Notes: generated by a model not told the origin, from the sequence alone. Counted from the stretch's first letter, positions 1 to 9,787 are shown. The stretch is 64,000 nucleotides of DNA from Candidatus Limnocylindrales bacterium (GCA_038325875.1 JBBQJL010000003.1:26361-90360); one strand, 5' to 3'. A program made the numbers and translations.

Positions 1-295
1 CCGTTCCCGGTTCCACGGCGACCGTTGCGATCCCGCCAGCCGGCACCTCGCCGATGAGCCGCAGGGCCACCGGACGGTCCTCCGTCGCGGCGGCCACGTC
101 GGCGGCCCGAATGGCGTACCCGTCCATCGCGCTGTTGGCCCATGGCGGCAGGTCGGTTGTGGCCAGGACGGGCTCGGCCAGGACCATGCCCAGGGCGGCT
201 TCGGGCATGAGCGGCTCGGCCGGCAGCGGACCGCGGACGGCCTCGAGCACACGTTGGCGGGCGGCCTCGACCGAGAGGAGGTCGTCCCCGCTCAC
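1..295 (-). CDS. moeA: molybdopterin molybdotransferase (MoeA family), N-terminal ~98 codons only; the gene runs off the left edge
   Basis: My own minus-strand translation from GTG at 295 gives VSGDDLLSVEAARQRVLEAVRGPLPAEPLMPEAALGMVLAEPVLATTDLPPWANSAMDGYAIRAADV...RLIGEVPAGG. The DLPPx-NSAMDGYA-RA block is the MoeA N-terminal signature. It is absent from the ORF track because there is no stop inside the window. The GTG overlaps the TGA of the upstream gene (GTGA). Confidence 0.75.
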   Translation of the reverse strand, partial: MSGDDLLSVEAARQRVLEAVRGPLPAEPLMPEAALGMVLAEPVLATTDLPPWANSAMDGYAIRAADVAAATEDRPVALRLIGEVPAGGIATVAVEPGT

Positions 296-945
296 GTGGC
301 GGACCTCGGGCGGAGCGCCCAGACCGCCGCGCCGGCGCAGATCAGGAGGATCACTGCGCCGACCGCCAGCGACGTCTCCTCCCAGAACTGGATCGGGAAG
401 AGCTGGACGAGCCGGTCGGCGACCGGGTCGAAGGTGTACGTCCCACCGGCGAAGAACAACTCGTGGAACGTCTCGAAGGCCTGGTCGAAGGCGACGGCCG
501 AGACGAGCCCGCCGAAGATGACACTGGCCGCCAGGACGAGTGCCCCGACCCCGACGCCGCGCCGATAGGCACGGCTTCCATGCGACCCGATCCGGATCGC
601 GATGAGGATGATCAAGCCGAGCAGGACGAGACCGCCGAACCCGGCGAAGACCGACCGGACGTCGGACAGGTGCGACCGCTCCCGCCCGTTGAAGACCGCC
701 AGGCCGGCGACGGTCTGGGCGAAGGTCGGCGGGCCGATGACGAGGTCGTGGAGAACGTCACCGGTCACCCGACCGACCTCGTCAGTGGTGTAGCCGGTCA
801 GGGCCGCGGCGCCGCTCCTCTCCTGCTCGAACCTGACCCAGGTCGGGGTCAGGAAGATCGCCACCGAGACACCGGCGATGACCAGGATCGTGGCGATCGC
901 CACCACGACCGACAGGAGTGCCTCGCGGATCGGCGACGGCTGCAT
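292..945 (-). CDS. integral membrane protein, DUF1461/TIGR01906 (Lit, lipoprotein intramolecular transacylase-like) family
   Basis: 217-aa ORF with an N-terminal TM plus three C-terminal TMs. It has a conserved-looking ERSHLSDVRSVF block, as in DUF1461 proteins. High GC3. Confidence 0.65.
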   Translation of the reverse strand: MQPSPIREALLSVVVAIATILVIAGVSVAIFLTPTWVRFEQERSGAAALTGYTTDEVGRVTGDVLHDLVIGPPTFAQTVAGLAVFNGRERSHLSDVRSVFAGFGGLVLLGLIILIAIRIGSHGSRAYRRGVGVGALVLAASVIFGGLVSAVAFDQAFETFHELFFAGGTYTFDPVADRLVQLFPIQFWEETSLAVGAVILLICAGAAVWALRPRSAT

Positions 946-994
946 CGGCCCATCGTAGCCGTCCTTCGGGACCCCTGGCCCCGAGGCGCCCGAG

Positions 995-1384
995 CTACTC
1001 GTCCTCTAGCGTCCGGGCCTGTTCCCACCAGCCCTCGAGGCGCAGGTCGTCCGGCGGGTCCGCTCCGAGCTCGCCGGCGGCCTTCGCCGCGCGCACCCGG
1101 AACGTGTCGAGATCCAGGTCCAGGATGTCCTTGAGGCCCTCGATCCCGGCCTGGATCATGAGCTGGTGCTCGTCCCGGCCGAAGCTGGCCAGGTTGAGCA
1201 TCTGGCCCTCGTCGCGCCAGGTGCCGACCTCGAGGATCGTGGCGCCGACGTGGTCGGCCAGGTACTGGCGACGGGTCGGCGTCTCCGAGACCTCGAGGAG
1301 GATCCCGGTCGTGAAGATGCCCTGCTTCTCGAGGCGCTCGAGGTAGACGGGCTCGATACGGGTCAGCTCGGTGATCGGCGGCAC
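995..1384 (-). CDS. DUF4332-like helix-hairpin-helix domain protein
   Basis: 129-aa acidic ORF: ITELTRIEPVYLERLEKQGIFTTGILLE ... TWRDEGQMLNLASFGRDEHQLMIQAGIEGLKDI. This is two HhH-like repeats typical of DUF4332. The family name is from recollection. Confidence 0.55.
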   Translation of the reverse strand: MPPITELTRIEPVYLERLEKQGIFTTGILLEVSETPTRRQYLADHVGATILEVGTWRDEGQMLNLASFGRDEHQLMIQAGIEGLKDILDLDLDTFRVRAAKAAGELGADPPDDLRLEGWWEQARTLEDE

Positions 1385-1486
1385 GGGCGTTGAGCTCCTC
1401 CATCACGACGCGTCTCGTCGGGACCGTGGCCCATTATCGGGCCTCGGCTGTGCCCTCGCTCGGCGGCGCCACGGTTCAGCCGCCGT

Positions 1487-3484
1487 TCAGAGCGCGCCCG
1501 CGACCTTGAGGCCCTCGAGGACCGCCTCCTCGACGGTCCGTGGCGCAAGGCAGTCGCCGATGCCGTGGACCTCGCCGTCGAACGTGCCGGGTGTCTCGAG
1601 CTGGGCCAGCAGCCCGTCGACCGGATCGTTGCCCTGGGCCAGGACCAGGCCCGCGACATCCTCGACGATGACCGGCTCGGCGGTCAGGACGTGCTGGAAG
1701 AAGACCGCCGACCCGTCGTAGCCGAACAGGCGCACGAGCGGGATGACCTCGACGCCGGCCTTCGATACGGCAGCCGTCATCGCGTCCCGAACGTATTGCT
1801 GGATCCGTTGGCCGGGCATGTAGCCGTCCACGCCGAGGGTGACCTTCCGTCCACGCCCGGCCAAGAGCTCGGCGAGGCCCAGTCCGATCCAGTCGCAGCG
1901 CCAATCCGCGACGACCAGCCGTCCCTCGGGGATGGCCGCACCCTGGAGCACCTGCCAGGCATCGAGAACCACGGGGTCTCCCGACAGCTCGATCGGCGGA
2001 CGGCGTGGCGTGGCACCGGTCGCCACGATGACGACGTCCGGGTGCTCGCTGCGGACGAGCTCGAGATCCACGCTGGTGCCGGTCACCAGGCGAACGCCGG
2101 CCCGCTCGGCCTCACCGGCAAGGTTCGTGACGACGCCGCCGAACTCGGCTCGGCCCGGCAGCCGCTCGGCCAGCAGGACCTGGCCACCCACCCGGCGAGC
2201 CGCCTCGACGAGCGTCACCCGATGACCCCGCTCGGCAGCCACGGTCGCGGCCTTGAGCCCGCCGGGGCCGGCGCCGACGACGAGCACGTCGCGGGCCCGC
2301 CTGGCTGGCGCGATCCGCCCGAACTCCAGCTCGCGGCCGCTCTCCGGGTACTGGATGCACGAGATCGGATACCCCGCGTGGAAGTGCCCGATGCAGGCCT
2401 GGTTGCAGCCCACGCAGGCCCTGATCTCCTCGGCCCGACCGTCGGCCGCCTTCATCGGCAGGAGCGGATCACAGATGAGTGCCCGGGTCATGACGCAGGC
2501 GTCGGCCTGGCCGAGCTCGAGGATCCGCTCCGCCTCCTGCGGCTGGTTGATCCGCCCGGCGACCATGACCGGCACCTTGACGACCGCCTTCGTCCGGGCG
2601 GCTAGCGGGGCGGTGTAGGCGTTGGGCACGTTCATCGCCGGGACGATGTGGTCCGAGCCAGCCAGCGTGGCCGACGTCCCCGCCACCACGCTGACGTAGT
2701 CGATCAGGCCGTCTGCGTCGAGTGCAGTCAGGGCGGGCAGGACGTCGTCCGGGGTCAGACCTTCCGGGGTGATCTCGTCGATCGAGATCCGGAGCCCGAC
2801 CACCGGGTCGCGGCCGACCTCGTCCCGGATCGCACCGATCGTCTCGCGCAGGAAGCGAAGCCGGTTCTGCGCGCTCCCGCCGTAGTCGTCGTTCCGCAGG
2901 TTCACCCGCGGGTTCAGGAACTGGGCCGGGAGGTAGCCGTGGCTCGCCACGACCTCCACGCCGTCGAGACCCGCGAGGCACAGCCGGCGGGCGGCCGAGG
3001 CGTAGCCGTCACGGATCTCCTCGATGAGCGCGACCGGCATCGCCCTGGGCATCACGTGGAAGCGCTCGTTCGGCACGGCCGATGGGGCGAGTGCCACCGG
3101 CAGGGTCCCATCGGGCGACTCCATCAGCTCGCGACCGTCGTGGAAGATCTGGCCGACGATGGCGCTGCCGTGTCCGTGGACCGCGTCCGCCAGGCGACGG
3201 TAACCGGGGATGCAGGCATCCTCGGTCGCCATCAGCACGTGCGAGGTGTAGCGAGCGCTCTCGTGGACGCCGGCGACCTGCACGACGATCAGGCCGACGC
3301 CGCCCGCCGCCCGGGCCGCCTGGTAGGCGATCAGCCGATCGCTGACCAGGCCGTCGACCGCCATCACCGTGTCATGCCCGGACGACACGATCCGATTGCG
3401 CAGGGTGAGGCTCCCGATCCGGAGCGGCTCGAACAGGCGCGGGAACGGTCGACCAGGCGCGGTACGGGAGGTCGGGGCGATCAT
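1487..3484 (-). CDS. NADH:flavin oxidoreductase / 2,4-dienoyl-CoA reductase-like enzyme (OYE-type TIM barrel + 4Fe-4S + FAD/NAD(P) domain)
   Basis: The track ORF is 1487..3568; I prefer ATG at 3484 (MIAPTSRT...). It has an OYE-like N-terminus (LRNRIVSSGHDT, VEVVASHGYLPAQFLNP), the Cys cluster CVGCNQACIGHF...SC, and a Rossmann motif VLVVGAGPGGLKAA. Confidence 0.85.
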   Translation of the reverse strand: MIAPTSRTAPGRPFPRLFEPLRIGSLTLRNRIVSSGHDTVMAVDGLVSDRLIAYQAARAAGGVGLIVVQVAGVHESARYTSHVLMATEDACIPGYRRLADAVHGHGSAIVGQIFHDGRELMESPDGTLPVALAPSAVPNERFHVMPRAMPVALIEEIRDGYASAARRLCLAGLDGVEVVASHGYLPAQFLNPRVNLRNDDYGGSAQNRLRFLRETIGAIRDEVGRDPVVGLRISIDEITPEGLTPDDVLPALTALDADGLIDYVSVVAGTSATLAGSDHIVPAMNVPNAYTAPLAARTKAVVKVPVMVAGRINQPQEAERILELGQADACVMTRALICDPLLPMKAADGRAEEIRACVGCNQACIGHFHAGYPISCIQYPESGRELEFGRIAPARRARDVLVVGAGPGGLKAATVAAERGHRVTLVEAARRVGGQVLLAERLPGRAEFGGVVTNLAGEAERAGVRLVTGTSVDLELVRSEHPDVVIVATGATPRRPPIELSGDPVVLDAWQVLQGAAIPEGRLVVADWRCDWIGLGLAELLAGRGRKVTLGVDGYMPGQRIQQYVRDAMTAAVSKAGVEVIPLVRLFGYDGSAVFFQHVLTAEPVIVEDVAGLVLAQGNDPVDGLLAQLETPGTFDGEVHGIGDCLAPRTVEEAVLEGLKVAGAL

Positions 3485-3645
3485 CGACGGAGGCTCCCAG
3501 CGCGGTCCGATCGGATCGATCCACTCTAGCGGCGTCAGTCTGGACACGACAGGCCGGGAGCGGGCCACGCAACGGGCGCGGACGGTCCGTCGGAGTGGGA
3601 TAGGCTTCGATCCAGCCTTGGCGGTGGCGAGGAGGACGCGCAGAG

Positions 3646-4824
3646 ATGGTCGAGACGGCGGACGTCATCGTGATCGGCGCTGGGGTGCAGGGCGCCAGCC
3701 TGGCCTTCCACCTGGCCCGGCGCGGCGTTCGGCCGATCGTGGTGGAGCGGACGAGTGTCGCGGCCGGCGCCACGGGAAGGTCGAGTGGCCTGGTCCGGAT
3801 GCACTACGACCTGCTGGCCGATGTCCGCCTGGCCTTCGCGTCGCTCGCCTGGTTCCAGGAATGGGACGCACGCGTCGGCGGTGACTGCGGCTTCACGGCA
3901 GCCGGCTTCATCCAGCTGGTCGGCGCCGCGAAGGCCGACCTCCTCCGGGCGAACGTCGCCGAGCAGCAGGCGATCGGGGTCCGGACCGAGGTCGTGACCG
4001 CCGAGCGGATCCGTGAGCTTGCGCCCGCACTCGCGCTCGCCGACGACGAGGTTGGCGCGTTCGAGCCCGACTCCGGGTATGCCGATCCATCTGCCGCCGC
4101 GACCGGCTTCATCACGGCGGCCCGAGCCGCGGGGGCGCGCTTCGTCCAGGGAGCCGAGGTGCGTGCGATCCCGACCGCGGGCGGCGCCGTGACCGGCGTC
4201 GAGACGACGAAGGGCGCGTTCTCCGCTCCGGTGGTGGTCGACGCCGCTGGGGGTTGGGCAGGCCGGGTCGCCGCCCTGGCGGGGATGACCATCCCGATCC
4301 GCGTCTGGCGTCACGACACGGCATACCTCGGAGCGCCGACGAACGTGCCGGTGCAGTTCCCGGTCATCATCGACGATGCCAACGACATGTACTTCCGGCC
4401 GGAGGGCTCGGGGCTGGTCCTCGTCGGGCTCGAGGACGCCAACGAAACGGACGGATCACCGGACCGTGAGACGGACACCATCGCGTCCGATTTCCAGGAA
4501 CGGGTCAGCGACCGGATCGTCCGGCGGATCCCCGCCATGGGGGACGGTACCTTCCGCTCGGCGCACAGCGGCCAGGATGGCCTGACCCCGGACCAGCACC
4601 CGATCCTCGGCCCCGTCGGGTCCGCGGGGCCAGGCGGCTTCTACCTGGACTGCGGCCACAGCGGGACCGGGTTCAAGACCGCGCCGGCGGTCGGCCTGGC
4701 GATGGCCGAACTCATCCTCGATGGCCGGGCGACCAGCGTCGACCTGACACCGTTCGCGCTCGACCGGTTCGCCAGCGGTCACCTGCTCGTCGGCGCACAC
4801 TCATACGGCGACACCTGGCGCTGA
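3646..4824 (+). CDS. FAD-dependent oxidoreductase (DAO family; sarcosine/glycine/amine oxidase-like)
   Basis: 392 aa. Dinucleotide-binding N-terminus DVIVIGAGVQGASLAFHLARRG, with a GGAGGA Shine-Dalgarno about 10 nt upstream of the ATG. C-terminal GHSGTGFKTAPAVG is typical of the DAO family. Confidence 0.85.
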   Translation: MVETADVIVIGAGVQGASLAFHLARRGVRPIVVERTSVAAGATGRSSGLVRMHYDLLADVRLAFASLAWFQEWDARVGGDCGFTAAGFIQLVGAAKADLLRANVAEQQAIGVRTEVVTAERIRELAPALALADDEVGAFEPDSGYADPSAAATGFITAARAAGARFVQGAEVRAIPTAGGAVTGVETTKGAFSAPVVVDAAGGWAGRVAALAGMTIPIRVWRHDTAYLGAPTNVPVQFPVIIDDANDMYFRPEGSGLVLVGLEDANETDGSPDRETDTIASDFQERVSDRIVRRIPAMGDGTFRSAHSGQDGLTPDQHPILGPVGSAGPGGFYLDCGHSGTGFKTAPAVGLAMAELILDGRATSVDLTPFALDRFASGHLLVGAHSYGDTWR

Positions 4825-5128
4825 TCGACGGGACGCCTCCCGCGGTCGCCTAGTGAGTCCGCCAGGTGCCCACGACCTCGATGACCACGTTCAGCAACAC
4901 GATCACGACGACGACCGCTGCCAGGGCCAGGATCGGTGAGACGCTCATAGCCACGCCCCGAACGGCGGGTCGGTCTCGCCAGTGGCTCCGCGCGGCTCCG
5001 GCGACCGAGCAGTGGGCCGCGCCTCCTAGCCTCCCGCTACGATCCCATGGTCTGCCCGCCTAGCACACCCTGCAAGTGCCTTTTGTCGCGAAGGCGCCGT
5101 CGTTGCGAACCACCCGGCCCCGCCGGCC

Positions 5129-5273
5129 GCGCGCCCGTTCGCCGGCGTCGCCGGCGCGCGTCGGGTTCGCCGCCGCGTCGCCACTCGCGCCTGTTCGCCG
5201 CTGCCTCGCCACTCGCGCCTGTTCGCCGCCGCCACTGGGAGTGGTGATTCGATGCGGTGGCACTCGCGCCTGG
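5129..5273. repeat. degenerate GC-rich tandem repeat, 23-31 nt units (CGCGCCTGTTCGCCGC-GCCTCGCCACT), 4-5 copies, intergenic
   Basis: Read directly. Units lie at about 5129-5154, 5155-5185, 5186-5213 and 5214-5236, with a partial CACTCGCGCCTGG at 5261-5273. It sits between convergent genes. The reverse complement contains GTGGCGAGGCAGCGGCG, related to the repeat at 34292-34385. Confidence 0.7.
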
Positions 5274-5428
5274 CTCCCTGTGCCGCACGATCCGGCAGAT
5301 GACCACGCTTGTCGGCGCCCAGATCCGCCACTGGCGGTGGTGTGCGGGCTCGCGGGGAGGCGGGCCTGGGGAGGCGTGGCATGCTAGACGACCCGGCCAC
5401 CCTGCCACGTCGCGCGTGGCGACTGTGA

Positions 5429-6274
5429 TCAGGGCAGGGCGATCAGGGCGATCGCGATCAGGGCGAGGACGATCCCGGCGAGATGAGACGGCGCGAGGTG
5501 CTCCTTCAGGATGACCCTCGCCAGGACGGCTGTGACGGCTGGATACTGCGATGACACCACCGCTGCGATGCTCAATACGCCCTGCGCACCGGCCATCACG
5601 AAGAGCGCGGTGCCGGCCAGGTCCGCCAGCCCGATGACCCCCATGAGCGGGCTGGCACCTCGGGCCGTGGCCCTTGTCCGGCGGAGGACGACCGTCGTCA
5701 CCACGGCCAGGACGAGCGCCGTCGCTCGGCAGGTCGCGACCGGCCACCACGTCTCACCGCCGGCCGACAGGCTCCGACCCATCACGATGAAGAAGACCCC
5801 GGCTCCGACGCCGGCGATGAGGGCCAATGCCAGGCTCCGGCGACCGATCCCGATATCGTTCGCCGGTCGGGACACCAGCACGACGGCCACGAGGGCGAGC
5901 GCGATCCCGGCCGCATCGGTCGGACGGAGTCGATCGCCGGTCAGCGCACCGGCGACGACCGGGATCCCGGCTCCGACGACGCCGGTCACGGCGGCGGCGA
6001 GACCCATCGCTCCGCTCGCGAGGCTGCCATAGAAACAGACCAGGGAGATGAAGGTCGCGATCCCGCCGACCATCGCCCAGCCGGTGGCCTCCAGGCCCGG
6101 AAATCGTTCCCCCAGCACGGCGATGACCGCGAGCCCCACCGAGACGCCGACAACCTGCGACACCACCACGGTGGCGAGGGGGGCAGTCCGTCTGCTGGCC
6201 AGGCCGCCGCCGAAGTCGCTGACACCCCAACTCAGCGCCGACCCGACGCCAAGTCCGACCGCGGTCGGCGTCAC
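5429..6274 (-). CDS. EamA/DMT-family transporter
   Basis: 281 aa, about 10 hydrophobic helices arranged as two EamA-like halves, Gly/Ala/Val-rich, high GC3. Confidence 0.8.
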   Translation of the reverse strand: MTPTAVGLGVGSALSWGVSDFGGGLASRRTAPLATVVVSQVVGVSVGLAVIAVLGERFPGLEATGWAMVGGIATFISLVCFYGSLASGAMGLAAAVTGVVGAGIPVVAGALTGDRLRPTDAAGIALALVAVVLVSRPANDIGIGRRSLALALIAGVGAGVFFIVMGRSLSAGGETWWPVATCRATALVLAVVTTVVLRRTRATARGASPLMGVIGLADLAGTALFVMAGAQGVLSIAAVVSSQYPAVTAVLARVILKEHLAPSHLAGIVLALIAIALIALP

Positions 6275-6349
6275 CGGCAGGCCGACGAATCAGCTGGTGT
6301 CGCCGTCATTCCCGGTAGAGCACAGGTGCCGATCGCAGGGTGGTCGAGC

Positions 6350-7870
6350 TCATCCCTCCGGCTTGTCGCCGAAGATCGTGTAGTGCCAGGGTTTCTCTGG
6401 TGCCCCGGTCAGCTCGATCATGACGTGCTTGACCTGGGTGTACTCGTCGAATGAATAGCTCGACATGTCCTTGCCGAAGCCGGACTGCTTGAACCCACCG
6501 TGGGGCATCTCGGACGTGACCATGAGATGGTCGTTGACCTGGACGTGCCCGAAGTTCAAGCTCCGTGCCCCCTCCATCGCCCGGAACACGTCGCGCGTCC
6601 AGATCGAAGCAGCCAGGCCGTACTTCGTGTCGTTGGCCTTGTCGAGAGCTTCCTGGTCGGTGTCGAACGGCAGGACGGCCAGGACCGGCCCGAACACCTC
6701 CTGCTGGACGATCTCGCTGTCCTGCGCGCAGTCGGCCACGATCGTCGGGCGGTAGAACGCCCCGTCCGGGAACCCAGCCACCTCCGGCCGGTAGCCGCCG
6801 GCAACGACCGTGGCTCCGGCCCGCTCGGCGCGCCTCACGAACCCGTCCACGCGCTCGACCTGGGCCTGGCTGATGAGCGTCCCGAGGTCGGTCGACGGAT
6901 CGAACGGGTCGCCGACCCGGACGCTGTCAAACAGGACCGCGGTCCGTGACACGAACGCGTCGTAGACCGACCGATGGACGTAGGCGCGCGTCGCCGCGGT
7001 GCAATCCTGGCCGCCGTTGATCAAGGCCCCGGCGGTCGCCCCGCGCGCGGCAGCCTCGATGTCCGCATCGGCGTGGACGATGAACGGGGCCTTGCCGCCC
7101 AGCTCGAGGTGGACCCGCTTGACATTGTTGGCGGCCAGCGCTTGGATCCGCTTGCCCGTCTCCGAGTCACCGGTCAGCGAGATGAGGTCGACATCCATAT
7201 GCCCGGCCATCGCCGCACCGACGACGTCGCCACGGCCGGTGACGACGTTCAAGACCCCGGCCGGGACACCGGCCGCGGCGGCCAGCTCCGCCAGCCGGAT
7301 GGTCGTGATGGGCGTCGCACTGGCCGGCTTGAGCACGATCGAGTTCCCGGCGGCAAGCGCCGGCCCGATCTTCCAGATCGCCATCCAGAACGGGTAGTTC
7401 CAGGGCGCCACCTGGGCGACGACCCCGAGCGGCTCGCGCCGGATCATCGACGTGTGGCTGCCGCTGTATTCGTAGGCGGCCTTCCCCTCGAGATGGCGGA
7501 TCTGCCCGGCGAAGAAGCGCAGGTTATCCGACGCGAAGGCGAAGTCGGACTCGCGCCGGAGCTTGTAGGACGTGCCCGTCTGGAGCGTCTCGATCCGGGC
7601 GAGCTCGTCGGCATGCTCGTCACACAGGTCGGCCAGGCGGTTCATCGCGGCGACCCGGTCGGGCAGCGCCATCCGCGACCAGCGCCCATCGCGGAACGCC
7701 GTGCGGGCAGCCGTCACGGCCCGATCGACATCCCCTGCCGTCCCCTCCGGGACGCGACCGACGAGCTCCCCGGTCGCCGGGCTGAGGACCTCCAGCCAGG
7801 CGCCGTCGACCGACGGAACGGAGGTCCCGTCGATGAACATCTGGTAGTCGGTGGCGACCTGCACGGCCAT
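6350..7870 (-). CDS. NAD(P)-dependent aldehyde dehydrogenase
   Basis: The track ORF extends to 8362, but its first 164 codons are Arg-rich shadow. ATG at 7870 (MAVQVATDYQMFIDG) is preceded by AAGGAG. ALDH motifs are present: VAPWNYPF, ELGGKAP, catalytic Cys in GQDCTAATR, and PHGGFKQSGFG. Confidence 0.9.
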   Translation of the reverse strand: MAVQVATDYQMFIDGTSVPSVDGAWLEVLSPATGELVGRVPEGTAGDVDRAVTAARTAFRDGRWSRMALPDRVAAMNRLADLCDEHADELARIETLQTGTSYKLRRESDFAFASDNLRFFAGQIRHLEGKAAYEYSGSHTSMIRREPLGVVAQVAPWNYPFWMAIWKIGPALAAGNSIVLKPASATPITTIRLAELAAAAGVPAGVLNVVTGRGDVVGAAMAGHMDVDLISLTGDSETGKRIQALAANNVKRVHLELGGKAPFIVHADADIEAAARGATAGALINGGQDCTAATRAYVHRSVYDAFVSRTAVLFDSVRVGDPFDPSTDLGTLISQAQVERVDGFVRRAERAGATVVAGGYRPEVAGFPDGAFYRPTIVADCAQDSEIVQQEVFGPVLAVLPFDTDQEALDKANDTKYGLAASIWTRDVFRAMEGARSLNFGHVQVNDHLMVTSEMPHGGFKQSGFGKDMSSYSFDEYTQVKHVMIELTGAPEKPWHYTIFGDKPEG

Positions 7871-7987
7871 GGCGGGTACTCCTTTGTGGCCCACGGCGGC
7901 TCCCGGGCGGCTTCGGCCCGAGTCTACCCGAGCTCGGCGTGCTCGGCGGCTGGCTCGGACGGACCCGGCGTGCAAGAATCGCGGACG

Positions 7988-8437
7988 ATGTCCCCGTTCC
8001 TGCTGCTCAAGGTCGTCCACGTCCTGTCGGCGATCGTCGCCGTCGGCGCGAACCTGACCTATGCCTTCTGGCTGCGGCGAGCCGGCCTGGATCGCGATCG
8101 GTTGACGTTCACCATCGCGACGGTTCGCGCGCTCGACCGGCGCGTCGCCAATCCGGCCTACATCGTGCTGCTGATCACCGGGGTCGGGATGGTGATGACC
8201 GGCGCCTATTCGTTCAGCGCTCGATGGCTCCAGGTCGCGATCGCGCTCTACGTCGCGACGGCCCTGCTCGGGATCCTCGTCTTCGCCCCGGCGGTTCGAC
8301 GACAGGCTGCCGAGGCCGAACGGGACCCGACCTCGGCGACTTACGCGCTGGCGGCTCGTCACTCGAGCCGGCTCGGGCTGCTCACGACGGCGCTCGCCGT
8401 CTTGATCGTGATCCTCATGGTCGCCAAGCCCTTCTAA
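7988..8437 (+). CDS. DUF2269-like small integral membrane protein
   Basis: This is the C-terminal 149 aa of track ORF 6974..8437, starting at ATG 7988 (MSPFLLLKVVHVLSAIVAVGANLTYAFW). Four predicted TMs. The upstream part of that ORF is antisense shadow of the ALDH gene. Confidence 0.7.
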   Translation: MSPFLLLKVVHVLSAIVAVGANLTYAFWLRRAGLDRDRLTFTIATVRALDRRVANPAYIVLLITGVGMVMTGAYSFSARWLQVAIALYVATALLGILVFAPAVRRQAAEAERDPTSATYALAARHSSRLGLLTTALAVLIVILMVAKPF

Positions 8438-8443
8438 GCTCGC

Positions 8444-9649
8444 TCAGCGGGCGCTCCGCTCGAGATCCACCAGCGTCCGGGCGAAGCCGGTAAGCGCGAC
8501 GTCCTCGAGTGGCGGGTTGATCAGCCCCGCCCGTGCGTCGCGGAACGCCCGTTCCAGGGGGCCGACCAGGAAGCCCGGGCCGCCGGCGATCCGGAGCGCC
8601 TCGTCGGTCGCCTCGACGGCCGCGGTCGTGGCGGCGTACTTGGCCAGGCCCACGTCCGCAGTCAAGGCGCCGCGATCCTCTGGCCCCGCCGCGTCCCATC
8701 GTCCGGCGACGTCGCGAACGACGATCCGGGCCGAGCGTAGCGCTGCATCCAACCGCCCGAGCCGGACCTGGACCGACGGGATCTCGGCGACCGTCGTTGA
8801 CCCATCCCCGGGTCGCCGCCCCACAGCCCAGCTGACGACCTCCCGTCGCGCTCGCTCCCCCACCCCGAGGTAGACGGCTGCGACGGCCATCCCGAACCAG
8901 GCGCCGGGCGCCGGCCCACGCGGATCCGGCTGATCGACTCGACGACGCAGGACCAGCGCGTCGGCCGGGAGGTGGACACCATCGAGACGCAGCCGCCCCG
9001 AAGCTGAACCGCGCATCCCCAGCGCCTCGAAGCCGGGCAGCCGGCTCACACCGGGTGCTTCGAGGTCGACCACGAACAGGGCGACCTCCGGGGCCGCGCC
9101 GGCCGATCCGGCTGCAGTGTCGCCACGGTCGCCGATGTCTCGGGCCGCCACCTCGTCGATCCGTGCGCTGACGAGCGCCAGGCGAAGCGCCGGAAGCCAG
9201 GTCGTCCACGACTTCTCGCCGGTGATCGTGAACCCGCCATTCGCATCCGCGACCGCGGTGGTGCCCGGGATCGCTCCGCGAGCCGGGCTGCCGCCGGAGT
9301 CTTCGGTCGATGCGGCGTTGAGCAGCGCGCCCTCGTCCCGGATCCGGGCGTAGATCGATTCGCGTCGGCCGGAGGGCCAACCGTTCGACTGAGCCATGGC
9401 TCCCACCACATGAACGTGCATCGCGAAGCCGAGACCGGTCGAACCGTCGACGGCGGCCACAGCCGACAACAGGTCGACAGCCTCGAGCATCCCGATCCCG
9501 AGCCCGCCCGCCTCGACAGGGACCGGCGCGAGATGGAGGCCGGCGGCGACGATGGCTGTCGGCGCCCCCGGGTCGAAGGCGTCGCCGAGGCCAAGAGCGA
9601 TAAGCCGAGCCTCGGCGTCGGCCAGGCGCTCGGTTAGGAGATCACGCAC
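8444..9649 (-). CDS. acyl-CoA dehydrogenase-family protein
   Basis: 401 aa with the three-domain ACAD layout: [14 protein letters not shown] in the middle beta domain and a C-terminal helical domain [14 protein letters not shown]. Confidence 0.75.
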   Translation of the reverse strand: MRDLLTERLADAEARLIALGLGDAFDPGAPTAIVAAGLHLAPVPVEAGGLGIGMLEAVDLLSAVAAVDGSTGLGFAMHVHVVGAMAQSNGWPSGRRESIYARIRDEGALLNAASTEDSGGSPARGAIPGTTAVADANGGFTITGEKSWTTWLPALRLALVSARIDEVAARDIGDRGDTAAGSAGAAPEVALFVVDLEAPGVSRLPGFEALGMRGSASGRLRLDGVHLPADALVLRRRVDQPDPRGPAPGAWFGMAVAAVYLGVGERARREVVSWAVGRRPGDGSTTVAEIPSVQVRLGRLDAALRSARIVVRDVAGRWDAAGPEDRGALTADVGLAKYAATTAAVEATDEALRIAGGPGFLVGPLERAFRDARAGLINPPLEDVALTGFARTLVDLERSAR

Positions 9650-9787
9650 GGGCCAATGCTAGCCGTCCGGACTACCCTCCCGTCGAGGCCCAGGTCAGGA
9701 TCGGGCAGTTCTGAACAAGCCGCCGCTGCGGCGAGTCCCTCGAATCCGGCTGGTGCCCATCAGATGCTCGCAGAAAGGAAGCCTGAC

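Noticed and set aside
54-1134. Cluster of Arg/Pro-rich ORFs at the left edge (54..521, 254..568, 351..581, 463..1134, 849..1406).
   Set aside because: They are shadow frames of the moeA 5' end, the DUF1461 membrane gene and the DUF4332 gene. None has better coding character than those.
5129-5273. Possible CRISPR array at this locus and at 34292..34385.
   Set aside because: The repeats are directly tandem with no unique spacers, the period is only 14-31 nt, the copies are degenerate, and no cas genes are present.
7871-8362. N-terminal extensions of track ORFs: ALDH to 8362, typA to 55490, dxs to 34136, scpA to 25887, scpB to 24877, mnmA to 49855, deacetylase to 14310, aspS to 58892.
   Set aside because: The extensions are Arg-rich low-complexity sequence that overlaps neighbouring genes. 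An internal ATG preceded by an SD, or giving the canonical family N-terminus (for example AAGGAG before MAVQV..., or PP-loop [14 protein letters not shown]), fits better.
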